Below, piece after piece: positions 47,090 to 59,731 of a stretch of 64,000 nucleotides of DNA. The DNA is from Mobula birostris (taxonomy: Eukaryota), in contig NC_092376.1 of assembly GCF_030028105.1 (NCBI RefSeq), positions 53,740,935 through 53,804,934 of the forward strand, read 5' to 3'. Both the position numbers and the translations under genes were made by a program. Position 1 is the stretch's first letter. Every line of letters starts with the position of its first letter. Under the pieces are notes generated by a model that was given only the letters and a program-made list of their open reading frames with translations, was not told the DNA's origin and did no database searches.

Positions 47090-50053
47090 TTGGGGGGTGG
47101 GAATCAAATTAAAGAGGCTAGGCGTGAGGAGGTTAGTTCACAACAGGGGGATGGGAACCAGTGCAGAGAGACAGGGGGGTGTAAAGTGAGGGTAGAAGCA
47201 AAAAGTACTAAGGAGAGGAGTAAAAGTGGCAGGCCGACAAATCCAGGGCAAGCATTAAAAAGGGCCACTTTTCAGCATAATTGTATAAGGGCTAAGAGAG
47301 TTGTAAAAGAGCACCTGAAGGCTTTGTGTGTCAATGCAAGGAGCATTCGTAATAAGGTGGATGAATTGAAAGTGCAGATTGTTATTAATGATTATGATAT
47401 AGTTGGGATCACAGAGACATGGCTCCAGGGTGACCAGGGATGGGAGCTCAACGTTCAGGGATATTCAATATTCAGGAGGCATAGACATGAAGGAAGGGGA
47501 GGTGGGGTGGCGTTGCTGGTTAAAGAAGAGATTAACGCAATAGAAAGGAAGGACATAAGCCGGGAAGATGTGGAATCGATATGGGTAGAGCTGCGTAACA
47601 CTAAGGGGCAGAAGACGCTGGTGGGAGTTGTGTACAGGCCACCTAACAGTAGTAGTGAGGTCGGAGATGGTATTAAACAGGAAATTAGAAATGTGTGCAA
47701 TAAAGGAACAGCAGTTATAATGGGTGACTTCAATCTACATGTAGATTGGGTGAACCAAATTGGTAAAGGTGCTGAGGAAGAGGATTTCTTGGAATGTATG
47801 CGGGATGGTTTTTTGAACCAACATGTCGAGGAACCAACTAGAGAGCAGGCTATTCTGGACTGAGTTCTGAGCAATGAGGAAGGGTTAATTAGCAATCTTG
47901 TCGTGAGAGGCCCCTTGGGTAAGAGTGACCATAATATGGTGGAATTCTTCATTAAGATGGAGAGTGACATAGTTAATTCAGAAACAAAGGTTCTGAACTT
48001 AAAGAGGGGTAACTTTGAAGGTATGAGACGTGAATTAGCTAAGATAGACTGGCAAATGACAATTAAAGGATTGACGGTGGATATGCAATGGCAAGCATTT
48101 AAAGGTTGCATGGATGAACTACAACAATTGTTCATCCCAGTTTGGCAAAAGAATAAATCAAGGAAGGTAGTGCACCCGTGGCTGACAGGAGAAATTAGGG
48201 ATAGTATCAATTCCAAAGAAGAAGCATACAAATTAGCCAGAGAAAGTGGCTCACCTGAGGACTGGGAGAAATTCAGAGTTCAGCAGAGGAGGACAAAGGG
48301 CTTAATTAGGAAGGGGAAAAAAGATTATGTGAGAAAACTGGCAGGCAACATAAAAACGGACTGTAAAAGCTTTTATAGATATGTAAAAAGGAAAAGACTG
48401 GTAAAGACAAATGTAGGTCCCCTGCAGACAGAAACAGGTGAATTGATTCTGGGGAGCAAGGACATGGCAGACCAATTGAATAATTACTTTGGTTCTGTCT
48501 TCACTAAGGAGGACATAAATAATCTTCCAGAAATAGTAGGGGACAGAGGGTCCAGTGAGATGGAGGAACTGAGTGAAATACATGTTAGTAGGGAAGTGGT
48601 GTTAGGTAAATTGAAGGGATTGAAGGCAGATAAATCCCCAGGGCCAGATGGTCTGCATCCTAGAGTGCTTAAGGAAGTAGCCCAAGAAATAGTGGATGCA
48701 TTAGTGATAATTTTTCAAAACTCGTTAGATTCTGGACTAGTTCCTGAGGATTGGAGGGTGGCTAATGTAACCCCACTTTTTAAAAAAGGAGGGAGAGAGA
48801 AACCGGGGAATTTTAGACCGGTTAGCCTAACGTCGGTGGTGGGGAAACTGCTGGAGTCAGTTATCAAGGATGTAATAACAGCACATTTAGAAAGCGGTGA
48901 AATGATCGGACAAAGTCAGCATGGATTTGTGAAAGGAAAATCATGTCTGACGAATCTCATAGAATTTTTTGAGGATGTAACTAGTAGAGTGGATAGGGGA
49001 GAACCAGTGGATGTGGTATATTTGGATTTTCAAAAGGCTTTTGACAAGGTCCCACACAGGAGATTAGTGTGCAAACTTAAAGCACACGGTATTGGGGGTA
49101 AGGTATTGGTGTGGGTGGAGAATTGGTTAGCAGACAGGAAGCAAAGAGTGGGAATAAACGGGACCTTTTCAGAATGGTAGGCGGTGACTAGTGGGGTACC
49201 GCAAGGCTCAGTGCTGGGACCCCAGTTGTTTACAATATATATTAATGACTTGGATGAGGGAATTAAATGTAGCATCTCCAAGTTTGCGGATGACATGAAG
49301 CTGGGTGGCGGTGTTGGCTGTGAGGAGGATGCTAAGAGGATGCAGGGTGACTTGGATAGGTTGGGTGAGTGGGCAAATTCATGGCAGATGCAATTTAATG
49401 TGGATAAATGAGAAGTTATCCACTTTGGTGGCAAAAATAGGAAAACAGATTATTATCTGAATGGTGGCCGATTAGGAAAAGGGGAGGTGCAACGAGACCT
49501 GGGTGTCATTATACACCAGTCATTGAAAGTGGCCATGCAGGTACAGCAGGCGGTGAAAAAGGCGAATGGTATGCTGGCATTTATAGCGAGAGGATTCGAG
49601 TACAGGAGCAGGGAGGTACTACTGCAGTTGTACAAGGCCTTGGTGAGACCACACCTGGAGTATTGTGTGCAGTTTTGGTCCCCTAATCTGAGGAAAGACA
49701 TCCTTGCCATAGAGGGAGTACAAAGAAGGTTCACCAGATTGATTCCTGGGATGGCAGGACTTTCATATGAAGAAAGACTGGATGAACTGGGCTTGTACTC
49801 GTTGGAATTTAGAAGATTGAGGGGGGATCTGATTGAAACGTATAAAATCCTAAAGGGATTGGACAGGCTAGATGCAGGAAGATTGTTCCCGATGTTGGGG
49901 AAGTCCAGATCGAGGGGCCACAGTTTGAGGATAGAGGGGAAGCCTTTTAGGACCGAGATTAGGAAAAACTTCTTCAGACAGAGAATCTGTGGAATTCTCT
50001 GCCACAAGAAACAGTTGAGGCCAGTTCATTGGCTATATTTAAGAGGGAGTTAG
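47090..50053 (+). pseudogene. CR1 ORF2 (AP endonuclease plus reverse transcriptase) with three in-frame stops
   Basis: NARSI, GITETWL, YRPP, GDFN, SDH, PGPDG, SGVPQGSVLGP, FADD in one frame; stops at 47861-63, 49178-80, 49409-11; small deletion near 49980. Confidence 0.93.
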
Positions 50054-53000
50054 ATATGGCCCTTGTGGCTACGGGGGTCAGGGGGTATGGAGGGAAGGCT
50101 GGGGCGGGGTTCTGAGTTGGATGATCAGCCATGATCATAATAAATGGCGGTGCAGGCTCGAAGGGCCGAATGGCCTACTCCTGCACCTATTTTCTATATT
50201 TCTATGTTTTCTATATGTTATCAGTGCCAATGTACACCATAACCTCTAGCTGTTCACCCTCCACCTGGAGAACATTCTGTGGCCGGTTTAAGACATCCTG
50301 CATCCTGGTACAGTAGCAGGCAGGCAACACACTATCCTGGCACCTCTTTGTTGGCCACAGAATCTCCTATCCATCCCCCTGACTATCGAGCCTCCTGTCA
50401 CTATCGCTCTGCCTGACTTTACCCTTCCCTGCTGAGCTGCGGAGCCAGCCACAGTGCCACTGGCCTGGCTGCTATAAGCACACATGATCTTGCAGCAGAA
50501 ACACACAGTGACAACATTTGTAAATTTTATTCTTTCTATCAGCTGATCGTTTGCTTGTTTTTTTTAAAAAAAAGAGACATAGTCAGGTTAAGGTTGAAAA
50601 CTACCTCAAGTCATCTCAAAAATAAGAAGAAATATAGGGCTATTAAGAGGGATGACATAGGGTTAAATTGTACAAAATATGTCAAGAAAGCCGGTGGCAG
50701 AGAGTAGGCTCCAACAAAACAGAAAGCTTTATTGACAGTGGGAAGGCACAAGAATGGAAATGAACTGGAGACCAAAGAAACTTAAACACAGAAGGACATC
50801 AGGATGAAAACAGGTGTAGAGGCAGAGAGGCTGAGGTAGCCGGAGACTTTCCTCTTTACCGATCTATCTGTACTAACCTCCAAAATGAGGAGGGTGTCGA
50901 GATTCTAAGAATTTCCTGGCTGAAATCCAACAGTATAAATAGCACAACGTATTTGGACATTTGATGAATTAACTTCCATCTGGAATATTTTCAGCAGCAG
51001 TGTGTCCCAGATAAGAGACTGGAAGAATAAGATAGAGAAAGTCTACGGACAGAAAGCCAGCAGACGACATCCTTTTGATTGATTAATGATTAAAATGATT
51101 AAGTTTACTCTCATTGTTTCCAGTAATAAATAAAATGAAAGGTAATTACATTTTATTTCATAAGAAAAAATGGCCTAAATTATGTTTAATCTGCATTAGA
51201 TCCTGCCATCTACAGAGGCTCCAATGTTGCTGGCAGCATTTGAACATCATTACCTGACAATGGAGTAACAATGGAGAGGTTGTTCTCCAGAAGCTCAATG
51301 CCATCGGCAATCAATGGAAGATCAATAAATAGTTTTGGGCGGTAGCCCATTAAATAATTATCACAGTCTACTATATCCCTCTGTCTATGGAGACATATTT
51401 TCCTCTAACGTGGAAGATTTCGTTGTGCCCACCTAGAGACCACTTTTTCATTGCTGAATTGTACAGCTCTTCCTTGAATTTAACAAAGGTCAGCAAACAC
51501 AGGCATTCATGGCTTTTAAACAGCCTTGTGCAGCCAATTCTTCATTTTTGTTTTACCACTGCAGGCAATCAACACAGTGAATGAGGAATTTCACAGTAAC
51601 TGCTTTCATTCTGAAAATTATTTTCACCATTTGGCATGCGGAAATAGAATATTATGGTATCAAAGAAAAATTTATTTTGCAGCAACTGATGCATTAAACC
51701 AGCACTAACTTTACCCTGCCTGGAAAAACAGGTATGAGAATAGCTTAATTATTAGGCATTGTAAAATGAGGAAAATAATCAGCTCGTTGTTACCTTCTTA
51801 CTGGTAGGTCATTCAGCAAAATAACATCATGTGATAAAATTAATTGCAAGATTTATTTTCAACAGTTCCTTAGCTGCAATTAAAGAGTTAACAAACCAGT
51901 CGCTGAGCATCTTACTCAGTTCCAATGATTGGATGCCAAAACTGGCAAAGATCCAGCACAAGCAGGCTGTAACTCCACATATCATCATGATAAAAGCTAA
52001 CTGTATGAAGCTAACACATCAAACTGACATGGCGCAATCCGTCATCTGTAGTGAATGCAGAAGGAGGCTGCAGTCAATCCCAGCTGATATTCAATTAAAG
52101 GGCCATTTACACCAGTTGGAGTCTGCCACGTGAAGTCATTACCAGAGTCAATGGAGCACATTATAGCTGCATGCAGTGCCTTTGTGCAGCTGATTCTGTC
52201 CACAGCCTCCAAGCTCAGAGGCAGTGCAGATTTTTATTCATAAATGTAATCCATACAAAAGATGTCAGCACTGGAAGTAGCAGGCATTTCATGCCCCTGC
52301 TGCAAACATTTTCAAGAATAGATCGTAAATTTCATTCCATTTTTAAACCCTCTCTGACTCTGGAGACTCTTAGGGTTATGGGCCAATACACACTGAGAAC
52401 TTGGGAAAGGATCCGCCTCCAGGTCTCTTTCACATGCCACCAGGGACTCCGGAGCGGCTCAGACTGTCAGGGTCTACTCTCCCACTCTTTTTGTTAGAAA
52501 ACATCTGGATTCCTGTTGGCACCTTTCCATGATGAAGCAGATGAAATTGATGGCTTACTATGCAAAGCACTGCTTTTGGGTATGAACGGCGTTCTATCAC
52601 GTCATGATGCAAAATCCTGTGTTTGAAGACAGACGTTGCTGGGCTATGGCTACTTTGGGCTTTGAATGTTTTTTTGCACCGAGGTTGAAACAATTTCCTT
52701 TGCAGGATTTTTAATGACAATTGAAAACCCTTGCGGCCAGGAGAAAATTCAATTTTAATTTTTACCTCTGACATTTAGTTTTTATTCCTAAACAGAGGTG
52801 ACAAGATTGTACAGAAACCATAATGTTTTCTGAGATTTGGTCTGACGTTAATGCAAACAAATCAGACATTATCCAGCCCTTCCTTAGCTGCATGCACTGT
52901 ATTCCAGGCCACTGGCCCTATCATCCCAAGCCTGTTACATCTTACTCAGTTTTACCTAGGGCGATGAAAAGAATGTTCCCAAAGACACCATTTCAAGGGT

Positions 53001-53421
53001 AGTTGAAACATGCATCATTGGATGTTGGATAAAGGATAAAGTTGGGAGTGGAGGAGCCAACAAGAAAAGAAAAACCATGATGGAGCAATATTCCTGATGA
53101 GGTGATATGTATTTAAACCAGAGGGATATAGGAAAATGCAGTCTACCTGCAGTATGGTGACCTTTCACTTAACAATATGCCATACAGAGATAAAACTGTG
53201 ACTAACTACCACCACAATACCATGCAAACCCCCCGAGCTCCCTCTCTGGCATAGAGAAAATATACATCAAAGAGCTTCAGCTGAAATTCCAAAGAATTGG
53301 TTCTCCTCTGTGACCCACGATGAATATTCTTCCTAGACAGCTGTATGCCTCAGTGGAAAATTGATGCCAGGAAGCCTGCTCCTTTTCGTACATCTACAGA
53401 CAAAATCATTCCCCTTTTAAT

Positions 53422-56055
53422 TGTGGCCGTCCATTTTAATTCCACTTCCCATTCCCATGCCGGTATGTCGATCCATGGCCTCCTCTATTGTCGTGATGTG
53501 ACCACGTTCGGGTTGGAGGAACAGCACCTTATACTCTGTTGGGTAGCCTCCAGCCTGATGGCATGAACATCGATTTCTCAAACTTCCAGTAATACTCCCC
53601 CTTCATCATTCACCATCCCCTTTACCCTCTCTCACATTATCTCCTTGCTTTCCCATCACCTCTCTTTGGTGCTCCTCCTTCCCCTTCTTTCTTTAATGGC
53701 CTTCTGCCCTCTCTATCAGACTCCCCCTTCTCTAACCCTGTACCTCTTTCACCAATCAAGGTCGAAAAACCTCACTGGGAAGAGTAAAGGAGATGGGGTA
53801 TGCTTCATTGTCAACAATGCTTGGTGCGACCCCCAAAATGTGCATGCCCTCAAATCCTTTTGCTCCCTGGATCCAGAATACCTGGAGCTGCTGTGCAGAC
53901 CCTACTGGCTGCCTAGGGAGTTCACGGCTGTTATCATCACAGCGGCACAGGCTGATACTGACTTGGCTCTGAAGGAACTGTATGAGACCTTCTTCATGGT
54001 GGAGACTGCACACCCACTGACTTTAGTTGAGCGCCGTTGAAGAAGGTCTCTCCAAAGTTTTGTTGGCACATCCAGGTGAACACTTGTGGGGATAACACAC
54101 TTGATCACTGCTACACTGTCTTCTGCATCGCTTACAAAGCTCTCCCTCGCCCAGCTTTTGGAAAATCAGATCACTCTTTGATCCTGCTTTTGTTGACGTA
54201 TAGGCAGAAGCTGAAAGAAGAGGCGGTTGTAGTTAAAACTATCCACTGTTGGTCTGACCAATCGGCCTCCATGCTGCAGGATTGCTTCGATGATGTCGAC
54301 TGGAATGTCTTCCATGATGAGGATGTCTCCAAGTTCACAGATGGAGTCATGTTCTTCATCCAGAAGTGCAATGACGATGTTGTCCCCCAGAAGTCTGTCA
54401 GGGTCTTCCCGAACCAGAAACCCTGGATCAGTAGTTCCGTGCGAGCAGCACTTACAGCGTGACATCCAGCTGACATCGCTGGCGATCAACTAGAGCTCAA
54501 GAAAACTTGCTTTGATCTGCGCAATCAAGGCTGTGAAACAACAATATAGGGAGATTGAGTCAAGATTCACTACAAATAGCACACGTGACTTGTGGGGGGG
54601 GGGCTGTGTACCATTGCATACTTCAAAGCCAAACGTAGTGGTGCCGTCAATATTGCGGCCTCTCTCCCAGAGGAGATCAATCACTTTTACACTCAGTTCG
54701 ACATCGCTAACTATGAGCCTCTGAGGAAAGCCACTGCTACAACCTGCAGCCTGGTCATCTCTGAGGCTGAGGTATGCAGATGTTTCCAATGAGTGGACAG
54801 TCACAAGGCAGTCGGACCAGACAGTATCCCAGGGTGAGTGCTCAGGATGTGCATAGCACAACTGGCACGTGTGTTTAGAGACATTTTTAATCTCTCCCTC
54901 TTCCAGTATAGAGTGCCCTCCTGCTTCAAATTATCCACCATTGTCCCTGTACCAAAAAAGACCAAGGTAACATGCCTGAACAACTGGCGTCCTGTTGCAC
55001 TCACCTCAATAATACGCAAGTACTTTGAGGGGCTGGCCAAGGATTACATCTGCAGCTTGCTATCACCCAAACTGGATCTCCTACAATTCACCACCCGACA
55101 CAACCGATCGACAGATGACACAATAGCTACTGCTCTACATACCATCCTCACACATCTGGAGAAGAAGGATGCTTATGCGAGAATGCTTTTCTTGGACTAC
55201 AGTTCAGCATTCAAAATCTTAGTTCCATCCAAGCTCGACAAGAAATTCAGAGACCTTGGCCCTGACCCTGCCTTGTGCAGCTGGATCCTGGACTTCCTGT
55301 CAGATTGCCAGCAGGTTGTAAGACAGTGCCTCTTTCACCTCAAGACAGTTCAGGAAGTTTGGTATGGGTGCCCAAGTCCTAAAAACTTTCTACAGGGGGG
55401 GGTAATTGAGAGCATCCTGACTGGCTGCATCACTGCCTGGTATGGGAACTGTACCTCCCTTAATCACAGGATTCTGCAGAGAGTGGTGCAGACAGCCCAG
55501 CACATCTGTAGATGTGAACTTCCCATGATTCAGGACATCTACAAGGACAGGTGTGTAAAAAGGGCCCGTAGGATCATTGGGGACCCAAGCCATCCCTACC
55601 ACAATTATTCCAGTTGCTACCATCCGGGAAGCAGTACTGTGGCATAAAACCAGGACCAACAGGCTCCGGGACAGCTTCTTCCACCAGGCCATCACACTGA
55701 TGAACTCATGCTGATTTGAGTGTTCTCTATATTACATTGACTATTCCATTTATTATAAATTACTATGCTTGCACATGGCACATTTACATGGAGACGTAAC
55801 ATAAAGATATTTACTCCTAACGTATGTGATGTAAGAAATAAAGTCAATTCAGTTCCAGCTCTTTACTTCATCCCTCCCCCTCCCAGTTTCCCCTACCACC
55901 TTGTGCTTCTCCCCCCCCCCCACCTTTTAAATCTACTCCTCGTCTTTTTTTCTCCAGTCCTGCCGAAGGGTCTCGGCGCAAAACGTTGACTGTACTCTTT
56001 CCATAGAAGCTGCCTGGGCTGCTGAGTTCCTCCAGCTTTTTGTGCGTGCTGTTTT
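53422..56055 (+). mobile_element. Penelope-like element 3' part split by a Rex1-like LINE
   Basis: VAVHFNSTSHSHAGMSIHGLLYC...LEEQHLI at 53423-53590; the PLE UTR stops at accaatcaa (53759) and resumes at ~55851 (ttccagctctttacttca), collinear with the uninterrupted copy at 37800-37840. Confidence 0.88.
53760..55850 (+). mobile_element. Rex1/Babar-like LINE with internal deletion of the RT core
   Basis: [57 protein letters not shown]; jumps to the C-terminus at ~55320; aataaagtcaattc tail. Confidence 0.88.
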
Positions 56056-57329
56056 AACTTGCTGACTCTGGGGCAGATCAAGGCAAGGCACGACAGAAAA
56101 TGTTGAGCACAGGTCAAATTTGACTGACCATCCGTGCATTAACAGATGGACTGTAATAGATATTTCCTACCGAAGAGTTTCGCAGATAAAAAAAAGAATT
56201 ATGTTCACATTGTTCTGAGCATTATCCCCTTCCCATCAGGGATTCTGCAAATTCCCGCTGATACACAGCAAACAATGACAGGCTCCCAGGACCTCAGCTC
56301 TGACTTCCGATGATGACTAATTCTCCAAATGCACGCAAATGATACTATCTTTGCAGAGGATATTACTTATTAATGCACATCATACAGAATACTGTGAGTC
56401 AATGAGTACAGCAGATTTATAAGAAATGGATGCCCTCAGGCGTCCTCTGGGATCAGCTACCAACCCTGCCAACCTAGAAAATAATCAATGGTCGAAAGAA
56501 TCTGACAGAGCTACAGTACATGAATACAAAACAAAACAGAAGAAAGCTGGGATGCACAGGTACTTTTTTTTTTAACATGCTTTTCCTCTGGTTTAGTCTT
56601 TGCTGTTTTGAAATGGAGTATCTATTAAATATATTGAATAAGATCAGTCTCAAAATGGATTATTAGCTGTTACTGAGGAATGCTACTCTTACAGGCAGGC
56701 ACTGTTAATGTAAAGAGAAATTTGACAATAAATTATACAGCTATTTTATATCTAAACACTGCATCACAAAAAGTGTTTCATAACATCAAAAGGCTACATT
56801 TTGCAATTATCATTCAACGCAGGAATTCGGTGCATATTTCAAACCCTGTAGAATGTGCCGTAATAAACCTGCTGAAGTTACTGGAGCAGATTTGCAACCA
56901 ACGAACCTCTGGATTACATAATCTCCCTCTGTATGGCTTTCCCTCTGTCTCTGGATGTTAATTTGAAATACATTTGGTTATTGTAAAACAATGCAATTTA
57001 TTCATGATTAACAGCAGGATATGTAAAAATAGAAAAGGGAGAACTGAAAGGAGATAGTTTCCACTGCCTCAATGGTACCACTAATCTCCACACAGAAAAA
57101 ATCTGCACTCATGAAAAAGTCTGGGTAAAACTCAGGCAAACTGATAAAGTCAAACAACCACCATACATATACAGCAATTTTAATGTAGAGTCAGAATCTT
57201 TTGTGACATTCATTAGTAATAACCTGCACTAACATAGCAAATGTAATGTAACACCCAAAGAATTTCACAGAAGGAATTGTCCCCAAACCATGGGCCGTGC
57301 AGTGTAGTGAACAATTCATCTATAAACTA

Positions 57330-57572
57330 CCTTACTGATGCATCCAACAGAACAACCTCCCGCAACTTCCTGTCGTCTATCACGCAGGTCTTAGACGACG
57401 GCAAGCAGGAGAGTCTGGATATGCCACTGACCCTGGACGAGCTGACAGGCTCCATCCGTTCCTTTGAGTCGACTAAGACTCCCGGAAGCGACGGCTTACC
57501 GGCTGAGTTGTATTCAGCTGTGTGGAACTGGATGGGCCCTGACCTGCTGGAAGTGTACAACGCTATGCTTCA
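57330..57572 (+). mobile_element. Tx1/L1-clade LINE internal fragment
   Basis: LDMPLTLDELTGSIRSFESTKTPGSDGLPAELYSAVWNWMGPDLLEVY matches the pre-RT PGxDGLPxExY motif of Tx1-like elements. Confidence 0.75.
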
Positions 57573-57574
57573 GG

Positions 57575-58169
57575 CCGAAACAAATCAAACAGGTCAACAA
57601 TGATAGGCAATTCAAAGAACTTCTAGTGGGACTGGAGAAAATCACAAGGAAGGTATTCATGGATGTTGTTGAAACATTACTTGGCAACTACAGAGCACCA
57701 AACTACATGCAGCTGGTTGACAACATGCTTCAAGCATACAAAACCATTTAGTGCAACATGTCACTAAGGATTAATCTTCTGCATTCCCATTCCTGCAAAT
57801 CTTAGTGCTGTCAGTGATAAGCATGGTGAACATTTTCACTAGGACATTGCGGTCATAGAGAAATGGTATCAGGGCAACTGCAATCCATCAATGCTGGCTG
57901 ATTATTGATGTACACTTAAGCAAGAAGCCTCACATACTGAGTACAAATGAACATAATCAACAAAGCATTTTTAGCTTAGTTGAACAATTGCAAAGCATCA
58001 GCACTGTTATGCAATTAAATGCATTATAGTCAATAAAATTGCTTGTTTCTTCAAATTCCTATGCGATATAAGTAGTCTGAAATTATATTTGTGTTCAGCT
58101 TCATATGGTCTATCATACCCACAAAAAATTCTGAGGAAGCAACACTTTCGAAAATATTTCTGTCCAGTG
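57575..58169 (+). mobile_element. Chapaev3-like (CMC) DNA transposon 3' part
   Basis: LGNYRAPNYMQLVDNMLQAYKT*CNMSLRINLLHSH...NLSAVSDKHGEHFH*DIAVIEKWYQG...MLADY; ends in ...tgtccaGTG, consistent with CAC...GTG termini. Confidence 0.75.
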
Positions 58170-58944
58170 TAATTAAACTGAGACTGATTTTCTCCATATG
58201 TATGTTTTGTGTAAAAATATCTCTACTCACTGCAATTTTCCAGAGGAGTTACACTGCTTAACCGGAAAATGTTGCTGTAATTTCCATGCCTAGTAAATGT
58301 ATGTAATCTTTTCCAGTGCTTGACCAGACTATTCACTTTCCCTGTACAAAACTTGAAATAAGCCAAAAAGACGTTTCAACATTGTTATGATGGCTTATAT
58401 GAAGAAATGTGTGCTGAAGAGAACCTGTACCAACCCTCATGGGAGCCCAGCCGTTTCAGTTACTGCCAACACTTGCTGTGTAAGAGTTACAGAGGGACAT
58501 CAACCTTTAATTGCAGTCCTGACTGTAGCCAAACAGCAACAACGCACAATTAAGACTGCCGCTAATCTTTCACTTATTTAATATGTTCTAGAGGTCCTGT
58601 GTGCTGGGAGAGGGGACCCTCCAGGACACTCATTCAAAGAGCCTACAGGATGCGACTGGAGTACTGCTAGCCAGGAATAAGGATTGTTGATGATTTCAGT
58701 AATTGACTGCGTTAAGTGATAGATATGTATACAATCAAATATGCAAACTGTTATTTCATCAACACATTCCACCCACTCCTACACCAACCTAATCCTTATC
58801 TTGCCAGTAACAAGATATGCCCATTTAGCAGTTAATCTTTTGATAATACAGCTGACCATTACCACCCCCGCCCACACCCCCCCCACCACCGTGTTATGGA
58901 GGGGTTTTGTTTGTTGAAAACCATCAGAATTGTAATTTTCCATA

Positions 58945-59210
58945 ACATGAATCCCTATATCTCTTCACCATGGAAAGTCCCAAGCCCAGTAGTGAAAGGA
59001 GGAGGGTTTAGCACGGGGCTAACAAAACCCAGAGTTACAGAAATGCCAGAAGAAGCTCCAAAGACCTCATCCCTGGCAGAGGAAGAATCGTCACTTAGAG
59101 GATGTAGGAAGTCACAGGGTGAAAGCGGAAGCACAAGGGCCGATCAACAGAGGATTCTGCCGAGCTGCTGTCAGCGGCCTACGCCCCTGTAGCATAGAGG
59201 AGGAAGAAGA
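58945..59210 (+). mobile_element. RTE-derived non-autonomous retroelement (bipartite)
   Basis: gggtttagcacggggctaacaa resembles RTE 5' UTRs; gctgctgtcagcggcctacgcccc resembles RTE 3' ends; (gaa)n tail. Confidence 0.5.
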
Positions 59211-59731
59211 AACCCTATCTTCCATTGGATTTCATGTTATGCGTGGAGGTGCATCCAACACAGTGTTTTTCTCTCGATAATTATAATAGCACCACAGCTA
59301 CTCGTTAATTTAAGAAATTGCCTTGTCAGTTTCTAAAGCAAATCTCATAAGTGGCTAACAGTGGTGTTTGATGACACAAGCAATTGCAGAGGCTGTATTT
59401 TTGGAGTGAAAGAACAAACTGAAGGCTGGAAGATAATAGCTAGAGATAGATAAGGAGAGAAAGAGAAAAGGGCAGGTGGCAAGAGGGGAGAATGGAGGTA
59501 GGTGGCAGCTTTCTATGCCTCCACTTATCACCTTCAAGCTTCAGTTTGAATGGGGGCATACACTTTTAAACATGTATCTCATATAGGTAAGGTAGGTGAA
59601 TGATAATCCTCAATTTCTTCACCTGAAGACCCCAGTCAGTTCGATTGGCAACAACATCATCTCCACAATCTCCGTCAGCACTGGTGCACCTCAAGGCTGT
59701 GTGCTTAGCCTCCAGCTCTACTCGCTTTATA

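Larger units (their letters stand above)
45826..50213 (+). mobile_element. Near full-length young CR1 LINE (5' UTR, ORF1, ORF2, tandem tail)
   Basis: CpG-rich 5' UTR at 45920-46100; intact ORF1; ORF2 APE plus RT; tail tttctatatttctatgttttctat. Confidence 0.96.
41910..50476 (-). mobile_element. Old CR1 LINE hosting a solo LTR (42492), a LINE-like repeat (44262) and a young CR1 (45826)
   Basis: 3' tail atagaacgtagaacag at 41909; RT pieces at 42226-43900; endonuclease LKCVYLNS at ~45320; ORF1 esterase at 45552-45800 resumes at 50217-50470 (AIVTGGSIVRGMDRRFCG). Confidence 0.88.

Noticed and set aside
47455-50007. Long antisense ORFs over CR1 ORF2 (258, 134, 184 aa; also 13067-14551)
   Set aside because: Shadow frames of the LINE coding strand.
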